From Hydrolagus colliei (taxonomy: Eukaryota), in NCBI GenBank assembly GCA_035084275.1, contig CM068748.1, positions 15,748,001 to 15,812,000 on the forward strand: 64,000 nt of DNA, written 5' to 3'. Positions 37,701-49,700 of this stretch are shown here, one piece after another. Each line of letters begins with the position of its first letter. The first letter of the stretch is position 1. Below the pieces are notes generated by a model. It worked only from the letters and a program-made list of their open reading frames with translations, was not told where the DNA came from and did no database searches. The translations under genes and the position numbers were made by a program.

Positions 37701-40700
37701 AAATACAGCAGATGCTGAAAATCTGAAACGAAAACAGAATTTGCTGGGAACACTCAGCAGATCAGGCAGCATCTATGGAGAAAGGAAAGTGAGTCAACGT
37801 TTTGGGTCCACAACCCTTCGTCAGAAGTTTTTAATGCAATTTATCTTAAATCTGTTATATTACAATCAGGTTCTGAGCGCAGCAGTCCCAGTCTGATTAC
37901 ACCCCCGCAGTCACCAATGAATCTGGAGACGTCGTCGTTTGGCAGTAGCCAGTCGCAGAGTTCAATTTCATCATTAACTAAGATCTCCATCAGTCCTGTA
38001 TCTACAGGAGACCGCAGGAAGGACAGGTACAAGTGACATTCCTATTGTAATTACAGTATTTAACATTTTTATGTAGAGAGCTTTACTTCTCTCCACCCTT
38101 TGCGTCCACTGTGTTTCCAACTTTAGCAAAAATGTTTTTGAGATAAAAATTTAAATGTTGTTCTGTATTAAACAAGGTGCTTTTTATTTAGTGGAACTCT
38201 TCTTCAAACCTGTCTTACATTGTTCATCGGGGGAAGAGAGAAAATTGGATATCATGGACTATCATTATTGGAACTTTTAAATGTTCACATTGATTAATGT
38301 TGGATCAGCCAGGTATCTCCCAACTCAGTCCATTACACTCTTACCTCTGGGTCAGAGTGTTGTGTATTCAAACCCGCAACGTAACTTTAACCTCACACTG
38401 GTAGTCCAGTTCAGCACGAGTGTTGCTGTGCAATACCATACTTTAGTTGAGACGTGAAGCTGAGGTTCATCTCCTTATTTTGGTGCGTGTTAAATAATAA
38501 TCCTTGCATTTGATAGAGCACTTATCACATATTTGAGACGTCTCAAAGTTAAAAGTCTGTTTATAGGATTTTGCGGTGTGCAAATTGGCTGCCATAATTC
38601 ACCTACAATAATTGCACTTCACAACAAGTGTGAAAAACGTTCATGCATTTTGACATTATAGGCGCTGGGTCAAATGCAAGGATTATTATTCAATGGTCTT
38701 CCTGTTAAAAGGAAAATACAGAAAACGATGCTGCAAAGCATTTGATGACCTTTAAGTTAAGATAGTAGGTTAATTTCCATCATGATAAAGATTTTAGGAT
38801 TGTCTTGTTTGACTCTCGTATTGTCAATTTGAACTAATCCCAATATCCACAAAATGTTTTCAGAATTTCAAAGTGACAGAGAAGGGAAATTCTTGTACTA
38901 AAATCCTTTTGCTATTTGCTTAAAATGTATTTCCCATGCTGACTTAACAACAGCCACAAAATTATTTTTGTATAGCCCCTTTAATGTTGGGAGTACGTCC
39001 CAAGGCCCTGGAATCATAAATGAGAACATTTCTCTCATAATTTTAACTATGGAGAATTTATTATTATCATAGGAGCTATTTATTATTATCATAGGAGCTT
39101 ATGGTCTATTAAGGTGTTCCAGTCCAAATTCCAATACTTAATTTTGTATTAAAACAGAAAATGTTATCAGACTGTTGAAAATTGGCTTTCATTCATAAGA
39201 TGATGATTTGTGTGAACATTGGGGTGTTGGAAGCATCCATTTGTATAAATTATGTTGGAAATAGTGGTGTTGCTTCTGTGAGAGGTAATAGATTTGGAGA
39301 AATTATCCAGTAAATCAACTGCTAGACAGAGTACTGCCATAATCTCCTCTCATTGGGACTAAATTTAAAACTCTCAAAATACAATTCATATCTTTGCACC
39401 AGAATGTGTATTTATTTCTTGAATTATGTTTCACCGTCAGGTGAGTACACAGCACAGACAAGATGGGTCAAAGTGGCCTCCTTCTGTGCAGTATAATTTT
39501 ATGTGTCAAAATGCAATCTGAATACTTTTTTTAATCTCACAATTTTGCTTTTAAGATGATCTTCAGTTAATGTTTGTTTCTTCATTTAGCCGCCTGACTT
39601 AAACTTGCTATGGAAACTGACACTTTTTTAGCTTCATTCATCAAATGGTCAAAACCAAACTGGTTTATTAGACATGATTTATGGGATTAGCTTGTTGACT
39701 TTCTATTCATATGTTTGACTTCAATGTAAACTGTATTGGAACAAAGCCGTGCAGAATGACATTTAAAAACATTGCTTGATTCCATAACTCTGGCAATTCT
39801 ATTCCTAATGTTCTTGGTGGAACATGTCAACATCTACCTTAAAATACTTGGCTAGCACTCTACAAAGTAAAATGAATCTCACGTTTTTAAACGACAGCCA
39901 AGCAAGTCAAATATAGATGCATTGGATTTAGTTGAAATCTGGAAATGGTTTATAATTTTTATTCCTAAAACAGGAGTAACCTTGAAAAACCAAATTGTAG
40001 AATCACGGTTACAATTGAGATAACTCTACATGTAACTTTTTGGAATTATTACAATAAAGCAGTCTGGTTGGTTGCATTGTGCCTGCGTACAAATGCAATT
40101 TAAAATGTTGATCATTGCTAAAAACGCTTTTAAAAGATGAAATCTAATTTTAAAATCAAAGCATTTTTATAATTTAAATTTTGATCGTGGACTTTTTTTT
40201 GTAAACAATTATCATGTTTTCAACATTAATTGTGGTTCCGGAGGAGATCTGTTATGCTTAGTAAATTACATTTTAAGTAAATTTCCAGTTACTAAATTGC
40301 AATATCCTATTTATCTGGCTTTAAACTGCTGAAATTGAGTTTTATTAAATGGTAAGTACTGTAATAGCAAATGATAATTGTAGATTATAAAGCTTTAATT
40401 CCTGTTTTACCATTTGATGCTGTTGTTAACCAGTGTGTAATTCAGAAATGATTGAGGTTCTTCTCTGTCTTGCTTCTCAAATTTCTGAACTGAAAGTTTA
40501 GGTTCTTGTTGACTAATTTTCTTTCTCTGCAACTGTTTGTCCTTTAATTCTTCCACCTTCTTTTTAGATACCTATTACGTAATAGGTCCTTTCTGAGAAT
40601 TCCTCTCACTCCCAGGCCTCGATTCTCATCACTACGGAGTCTGAGGTTGGCCTGTTACAAATCCGTTTGCTATTTGCTTTCTTGTTCGCAATTCTCTTGG

Positions 40701-43700
40701 CTCTGCTTTCTGTGTGCTGTTTCCCTCTTACTAGTGACTGCAGATTATCTGAGCGAGTACTTGCATGGTGACTTAAATCCCATGCAAGTCACTGCTTGCT
40801 TGAGGCTCACCAGTCTGCCTGACAGCAGCAAATTGATCATTTAAATGCCTTAATAGTTTATCAAAATATTTTCTGTCAAGTTGTGTCAAACCACTGGCAG
40901 AACGAATGCAGCATATAATAATTTCCGGCATACATATTAGCTTGAGGTTGGTACTAATAAATAATTTAGATTCAACTGGGAAGGATATTCATCAAACCAA
41001 TATTGTATATTTCTGGTAATGGCTAGAGGATATTCTGTATCAAAAAGCTTAATAACTAGTTTTAAAAACAAATGTTTAACCTGTCATCTTAGCGCAATTG
41101 TTAGCACTTTCGCCTCGAGTTGGAAAATTGTGTGTACAATCTATATATTGAAATGAAAGCTCATTGCCTACTTTCTGGTGCAGTACTGGGGAGAATGCTG
41201 CTTTGATAGAAGTGCTGTGTTTTGGATGAGAAGTTGTACAACTTGCACATGACAGTATTGAAAAAGAATGGAGGTTTTCTTACAGTACCCTGTTCATTCA
41301 TTATCCAAATTGACTGGTTTTAGCGAAACATGGCAGCCAATTGCACAAGGCAGTATCCCACAAACAGTCGTGAATTGAATGGCCAAATTAATTATTTTTA
41401 TCTTTTGAAGGGATTATTACCCTCAGAAAAGTGATCCACCAATTGACTAACAACTGGGTTGTTATTTTACTGCTAGGTAAACAGAAGCATGTGGAGTAAG
41501 GAAACTTGCCAAATGTTTTGCCCTGCCTGGGACCCAAACCCAGTTCCTCTCAATTGTGAAATGAATGCTCTAACCACTTAGCTAAAGAACTCCACAAATG
41601 ACAGACCAACTGGAGGAAAATATAGGGTGAAATTTAATCATTGATTGTCCACAATTTTCTATCGGTATTGCCATAATGTTAAATGTTTACAAATATTAAT
41701 CTTCCAAAGATTTGTCTGAGTCCATACCATAGACCCAAAAACGTGCATTTGTATCATGCTTTTCATATCGGGTCATGTTTTGGAGCACTTCACAAAGACA
41801 GGGTCGAGCGCCAAGAAAGATTGGAGCGAGGAGGTAATCATAGACCCTGTAGGTTTTTCATTCTATCAGCAGATGCTTGTGGATGGCGTGATTAGGGAGA
41901 CCAACTTGGAGTGTGTTTGAGAAATTGAGTTGAGTGGTAATAAAGGCATAAATGAAGGAATAATTGAGAGGTGGGGACGATAGCAGCAAGGTGGCAAAGG
42001 TGAATAGATCTCTGCTATCACATTCACTGTCCTTCACATGTACCCCATACACAATTAATTGAGGTAATTGCAGACTGACTCATTTTCACACCAATACATA
42101 TTGGCCAATTTACATATACACTTGCATTTGTATAAGTCTTCAAGGTATGTAGTTTCCGTACTTCCACAGATATAAACTACTACAGTTATTTTCAAAATCC
42201 ATTTCTAGGTGGACTGATTTCCAGTCTACAAAAAAAAAGAATAAATTAGCTCAAATGTGAACTGCTTAATTTGGGCAAGATAATATCAACAGTTTTTTCA
42301 AATGTGTGTTCAGAAATTGGGTATATTTTACCAGTGCATCAATGCTTTCAGATATTCAATTAGTCAGGTTTCTATTCCTAACAGTTATGTACCATTATGT
42401 GTTGAATTGTTGTCATTTGTTATCCTGGGTCCAGCCAGAGAGTATGACACATGCTTAAGGTGATATCCTGTTACGGTTTAACCTCCCCAATAGTTGTGTG
42501 AAAATTATTACTAGGTTGAACAATTTGTGGAAATAATGGAGCTCTCTATCTAATATATTCAAGATATGACGATTACCATTGTAAACATCAGAGTCGAGTT
42601 ATGCTCCCCATTTCATGTGTGTTGATAATCTTTGAACATACACGTATATCTAAATAACAGAAGCATTTATTCACAAATTGGTGACTAACAACATCAGTTT
42701 GTTAAAAGCAGAGTGAACAAGTATTTTGGCTTAACACAAAGCTGTGTTAGCTGCTGTCAGGGTAGACTTGAACACCCAGTGATATTTGCCATCAAAGTCA
42801 CAGAATTGTTACGCTATTAACGAGAACTGTTTGCAATGCAGATTTTGCTTAATCTGTTTTGTGCTGCTTTGATCATAATAAAGTTAATAAAATGAAGATG
42901 ATTTGAATGTGTTGCAAATCAGCTTTTGTACTTGTATGTACACATTTTGTGCATGTTTGCTTTTCAAAGGGATGATGGTATGGGGAAAAAATACAATTTT
43001 CTATTCAGTGAAATCAATATCTCCTGTATTAAGTTTCCCAACTCTCCACATGGACTAGGGAATGCACCTTAACCTTATTTGATGTTCCTTCTCACTTTCT
43101 AGCCTGTCTGAACAAGATGGTTTTCCTCCTGTGAACCAGTGGTAACTGAACTGAATGAAAGTTGAATTACAGTTCTCCTTTGGTTCTAAATATGTTGTAG
43201 ATGAGACCTCCTTTATCATTTGCTTGGGCTAGATTTAAAACCGGCTTAAATACCAATTATGTTTGTTATCTTGTCTCAGCAAGTAAAAAATACATTGACC
43301 CTGGATTGTTTGTAATTTTTTGTAACTAAATAAACAGATTTCATTGAGTAGTATGCCAAAAATGATTTAAAGTTATTTGATTTAAAGGCCTTACTTACAA
43401 GAACCCCGCCACGTGACAGTGCAGAAAGGCACAGAACCTCTTGGAATATCCATTGTAAGTGGAGAAAATGGAGGGATATTTGTTTCAAAAGTAGTAGGAG
43501 GAAGCATTGCTCATCAAGCAGGACTTGAATACGGTGACCAGCTACTTGAGGTAAATGCTGTTCAACAATTAATGCTGATTATCCTGTGGTAGAGATGTTG
43601 CCTGTAATGAAGTAATTCAAATGGGTTTATTACACATTTACCGTTTTACGTGTTAGGTTGTACCTTTTTGTATTCTAATCATCTGGTACTTAAATCAGTC

Positions 43701-46700
43701 TTGTATCATGTATACAGGAGAAGTTGTACACATTTAGGTGGTGCCATAATGAGGGAGCTTAGAATTGTTTGTCTCAATAAATCATATATTATTGTGAGTT
43801 ATCTTTCTTTGGGCAGTATAACGGCATTAATCTGAGGAATGCGACTGAACAGCAAGCTCGGTTAATTATTGGACAAACAGAGCCCTGTGAAACTATCACT
43901 ATGTTGGCACAATATAATCCGCACATGTATCAACTGGGTAACCATTCTCGTTCCAGGTGAGACCCTAGAAATGTACAATTCATATTTTATAGTTCCACAG
44001 GAATTTTATGAGAAATTGTATTTGCTTCTAAGATAATTATTATATCACCTTGAAAACAAATACGTGGGGATGGTGAAAATTAAATTATTAATTCACATCG
44101 CCAAGCTCCATGATTTTTTAGACTGAAGAAAAATACAATGTTGTTAATAAGCACAAACAGAAATCGCTGGGAATACTCAGCAGGTCAGACAGCATCTATG
44201 GAGAAAGGAAAGTGAGTCAACGTTTCGAGTCCACGACCCTTCGTCAGACCAAATGCAATGTTCTTGCGTGGTGAGACACAAAATTAACTAGCAATCAGAC
44301 AATTGCTATAAAGCTTACATTTCCTTTCAACTACACATTTGTATGATCTTAATTTTAATGTTAGACTTGTAAGGCGAGTGTGAATTATTGTACACAGGCT
44401 TTGGTCAGATGCTTGTTACAATGGATTTGTTCTGTGTGTTTGGAAAGCTAATTGTTGGTTTCTATGTAAACCTGTGGTGTCAGTTCTCGCTTGGAGCCAA
44501 TTAGCAATCGCTCAACTCCCCAAGGCAGTGGAGCGACCACACCTGACAGTCACTCCATTATTGATGCAGTGAGTGAACAAGATGAGGGAACAATAACACC
44601 TCCGTCAAAACAAACCACCCCAACTACCAGTCCACGTGATTCAATGAGGTGAGGGATGCATCTCTGAGGATTGAAGCAGTTCAACATTGCTTTGACCCAA
44701 CTCTTGCCTGAATTGGCCTGTTACAGTATGTTAGTTTTCTGGTTTGATCATTTTCTAATGATGAAATTATGGTATTTGATATCACAAAAAGTAAATAATA
44801 TTTAGTTCGCATATTCAGAGCAAATTGCTGAACTTTTGAGTATATTGTGTGGATAAATTGGAGTGACATTTATGAGAACTTTAGGTACCACAATGCTTTT
44901 TAAATCTTTTTCATCCTAATATTAGACATGTCATTCAAGCGTAACCTATCTTGATAAATTTGTTGATCAAGATTTAGTTGCACTAAAATAATTTCTTATT
45001 CTTTCTCATTCTTATTCTTTAAACAGGAAGTCTGTTGATTCGACTGATTTGAGAACTGAGCCAAGGTTTATTTTCTTAAAGAAGACACAGGTCGACCTCG
45101 GAATCCAGATTTGTGGTGGAAATCTACATGGAGTATATGTGGCAAAGGTAGAAGATGACAGCCCAGCAAATTGCACTGATGGGCTTGTGCCTGGGGATAA
45201 GATACTGGAGGTAAAAACATTGTATCAAACCTGGAATAGATTTAAGTCTAAATCAATAATAATAATTGTTGCATTTCATAGTGCCTTACCACGCCTCGAG
45301 ACGTCTCAAAATGCTTCACAGGATATACTCTCGGGAATTTTGTGCAAAACGCGGCAACTAATTGGCACAACAGAATTATAGAATCATAATACACTAGATT
45401 CATTCAAAGTGTTTGTTCATCTCACTCCAGTGAATTACAACAACATTCTTTAGTCCTTTACACAAGACAGTGCCTCAAGCGATAATGTTTCCCTATGGAT
45501 TTTAAACATTTAACAGTGTACATCTAGTCCATGTAAAAATACAGAAACCTTATTTTTAGATATAAAACTGATGGAATTCCAGGTTAAAGAATAAGGATAG
45601 CTCTCAGTGCCAGGCCTTATTTTCTGGAAGGTATGTGTGTATGGGATGTAGAAAGTAATCCTGAGACACCTACCCACCAGTCATTTTAAAAGTTATTTCT
45701 TCCCCCCCCCCCCCCCCCCCCACCCATGGAAGACAATAATTCCTGAGAGACAAACAAACAAACAACAAACAAAACTTACATTTATATAGCGCCTTTCACG
45801 TCGAGAGGACATCCCAAGGCGCTGTACAGTCAGGTAGGACAAAAGCAGGGTGGGAAGGATCAGGGCAGGAGAAAGCATAGTAGGAAAAGTAACTGTATAT
45901 TAGTGGGCGAAACGCGGCAGCTAAATTGCGCACAGCAGTGTCCCACAATCAGTCACGGAAGTGGGACTAGGGGCAAAAGGGGGTAAAGAAGCAAAAGGGG
46001 AGACATCTCAAGAAGCTTCACAAAATATACTGTAAAGTGAATTGACTACATATTTGTGCGTGAAACATGGCAGCATATTGTGCACGGGAGTGTCCCACAA
46101 ACAGTTGTGATTTGAGTGACCCACATTTTTTTTTCAAGTGATTATTACCCCCAGAAAAGTGATCTACCAATCGACTAACAATTGGGTTGCTACTTATAGC
46201 TGAGTAAACAGAGGTGTGTGAAGTAAAGACACTTGCCCAATATTTTGTCCTGCCCTGGGAATTAAACCCAGGTTTCTGGCTTGTATGGCAAATACTTTAA
46301 CCACTAAGTGACTGGACTGCATTTTTCTTTCTACAGTGTATTTAAACCTGAAAAAAGTACATCTACGATTGTATTGCTAACATGGCATCCTTTCATTGTA
46401 AGAACCTCTTGATGCTTGAGAAATCCAAGATCAAATGAAATTTGATGCTGATTTTGAAGAAAACAATCACAATTTATATAGAAATCAGGAGTCTTAAAAT
46501 TGTATTGTCATATGAAAAACATCCACATGAGGGCACTGTAGCCCATTCCTCAAAAAACAATCAACATTGGTACCCTCCACTGTCCTTTTTTTCTTTTGCC
46601 TTTTGATGTAAGAGTTCTTTCTTTTTTGTACTGTCTGTTTGTGTATTGGTCACAGGTTACTTTGCAACAACTCTGCAATAGAATTTGTTAGATTTTTTTT

Positions 46701-49700
46701 CCATTAATAGAACTCTCAATTGTCCAATGCTTAGGGAGGATGATTTGTTAAAATTACAGTGAATTGTATGTTTGACTTTTACCTGCAGTCAAATCTATAG
46801 CGATGCTATATTACTAAGATCAATCAATCAAAACTTACATTTATATGGTGCCTTTCACGTCGAGAGGACGTCCCAAGGCGCTGTACAGTTAGGTAGGGAC
46901 AAGAGCAGGGGGGGAGGGTTGGGGTAGGATGAAAAAGAGTAGGAAAATTGACTGCATATTTGTGGGCGAAACGCGGCAGCCAAATTGTGCACAGCAGATA
47001 AACTCATAATACTATTCCTATTACTTTACAAGCATAAGAATAGTTGGGGATGAGAAAAGCCATCAAAGTTCACTGCAGAAACTTTCCAATTGTAACATAG
47101 ATTGTATTTCAAATCACTTCCACATTTTTTGTCCAAGTCATTATATCCAATATTCTGTGATCTCACCACAGTATTTGGGTTGTTCAGAAAATATAAATAC
47201 ATTTCACTGTGGGGCTCTACAGATAGCATTTGTTGAGTAGTTAGTATGAATGTGTTGCTTCTGAAATTGAAAGCTGTTGTTGAAGTCCCATTGCTAAAGA
47301 TATACAACAATATTCATGCCCCCTTCACTTTTTCTAAGCCATTATTTATTTTGATGATCTTACAGTTTTAGGTGAGCAGCATCTGAAGCTCAGTTAACAA
47401 TGCAAATGACATTTTCTGATATGATTTCAAATACAGTCTTCAGCTGTCTTCACACAGCTGAAGGACTGTCATCAAAAACAGCTGGGAAAATTGTTCAGCA
47501 GAAGAGATTTATCATCACTTCCAGCAGTGAAGTGGTTTGGAGTAGGATTTACATTTGCCATATTTCTCCGTGTTAAGAGCATAGTAATGGTGCATGACCC
47601 AAAGGGATAGAATGAAGTAGAAAATAGTATTATGTATTTTCTAAAGTTGTATTGGAAATAAATACTATAAAGACACACTTGAGGTTTGGAAGCTTGATTT
47701 TTCTAAATGCTCATGTAACTCATAACTACCATTTTTGCTTGCAGTACAATGGCACTGATATGCGTAATGTGACTGCTGAACAGGCTTACGTTGAAATGCT
47801 GAAAACTACAGAAACAATCTCTGTAAAAGCCCAGAACATGACCGAGGAATTCAACAGAATCAAAGATGAGCCAGGAGATGGATTCTTTATCAGGTATTTA
47901 TTCTTCAATGTATGTAAATTGAAAGATTATTGCAAATATGATCATCCAACTATCCTACTTTTGGTGAAGCTGCGGATTTCCGAAAACCCAAGACAAAAGT
48001 ATTACCAGGAAGCAAATTAATCACTGTTGTGCATAAATGGTCCTATTTGTGACCTAGTGCATATCAAAATGGTTCAGTTCTAGAAATATGTGTAGATCAC
48101 GAAAATACAAGCGGAGCTATAACCTGAGTCTGTGATGATCCATGCTATGGACTGCAGATGAACCTTTTCAAAATATTTGTGTATATCTATGGAAATTTGA
48201 CATACAAGTAGGTAATTGCTATTTTTAAATAACTAACTGAATACTTAATGAGTGAACCTTAAAATAAAGCCAATTTTGTGGTTAACTAGAATATTGGTGT
48301 AAATGGTCCCTGTCAACAGCTTGGAGACATTTTCCCACATGAAAGACACAATATAAATACAAGTTGTTGGTGGTATCTTGTGTTCTGCAAGAGAGAACAG
48401 TTGCCACATTGTTTTTTGTGGCACCTTGTTTTTTTCGGTTTAAAAAGATGTTCTGTGCATACCTCTTTGAATTTTCCATTAGATCTTCTGGGTGATTTTG
48501 TTTAGCACACTGACCCTTAAATATTTTTGAGTTGTATATGGGTATGGTTCCAGTGTAAATTGGCTCCACGTATTCTTTCAGAGCACTTTATGACCGAGTT
48601 GCAGAAGTGGAACATGATCTGAGTTTTAAGAAAGATGACATCCTGTATGTTGACGACACTTTGCCACAAGGAAATTTTGGTTATTGGATGGCTTGGCAGC
48701 TGGATGAAAATGCTCAAAAGCTGGAAAGAGGGCAGATCCCCAGCAAATACATGTAAGCATCCCAGAGTTCTGAGTCGAGAGTCATACAATTTTACTCAAT
48801 GTGTTTTTGGACAATGGGGTAAATGTAGTGTGTTTTCATGTTGCTAGGAAATAAATTTTATTGGTGACATCTGATATTTGTTACTGAGATGAAATTAAAT
48901 TTTTTGTTGTGTTTTAACTTTGGAGTTTTAGTAGGAATTTCAAAATGATATTTTAGAAGTATTGGTGGTATGTGCAAGTTATTTGCAAGTTGTTTTACAC
49001 TTCCAAATAAACTCACATGTGAAAAGTCACACTTAGCAGCTGATAGCATCATTGTGCGAATTTATTTTAAAATGTGCTTTGTTTTACCAAGAGCTAGCAC
49101 AGCTGTTCTTATTAGGACATGGCATTGGTCTCTTTTCTTATTGGAATTCCATTCCTCAGTCCCCCTGGGTCACCCCCTTCCTAGCCTCTTAATCATCCTG
49201 CCTCATGACCCTCCTCTTCGTCTATGCTATTGGTCACTTCCCTTCCCTCTAATCTCCCTGATCCCAACCCCAGCTCAGGTCCGAAATACTGACTGTCCAG
49301 CACCCTGGGACGTCCTTCTGTGAAAGGCACTATACAAATGTAACTTTGCTGTTGATACATAGCTGATTGTTGCTTACTTCAAAACAAATCTGAGCTGTTG
49401 ATGATTGGGGCATTTCTGGTAGGATGGACCAAGAGTTTTGCAGAAGACACAGCATGTCTGAGGTCAAAGATGAAAATGGGGCTGTTAAAACTCTTTCGGC
49501 AGCAGCAAGAAGATCCTTTTTCCGGCGGAAGCAGAAACATAAAAGAAATAATTCAAAAGATGGAAAAGAAATGTTGGCTCTTGATGCCATCAGCACTGAT
49601 TCCATCCCTCTGCTGGAAGGTATAAATACTGTATTGTTTGACCATCATCTGATTGTCTTTCTCGAACGGTTAATTGGAGCACATGTGAATAAAAGATCAG

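Noticed and set aside
39056-39099. 22-bp tandem duplication ATTTATTATTATCATAGGAGCT x2
   Set aside because: Ordinary slippage duplication with no sign of function
39403-39440. Segment with AG acceptor and strong CAG|gtgagt donor
   Set aside because: 38 nt, frame-shifting, weak tract; no further support, although a poison exon cannot be excluded
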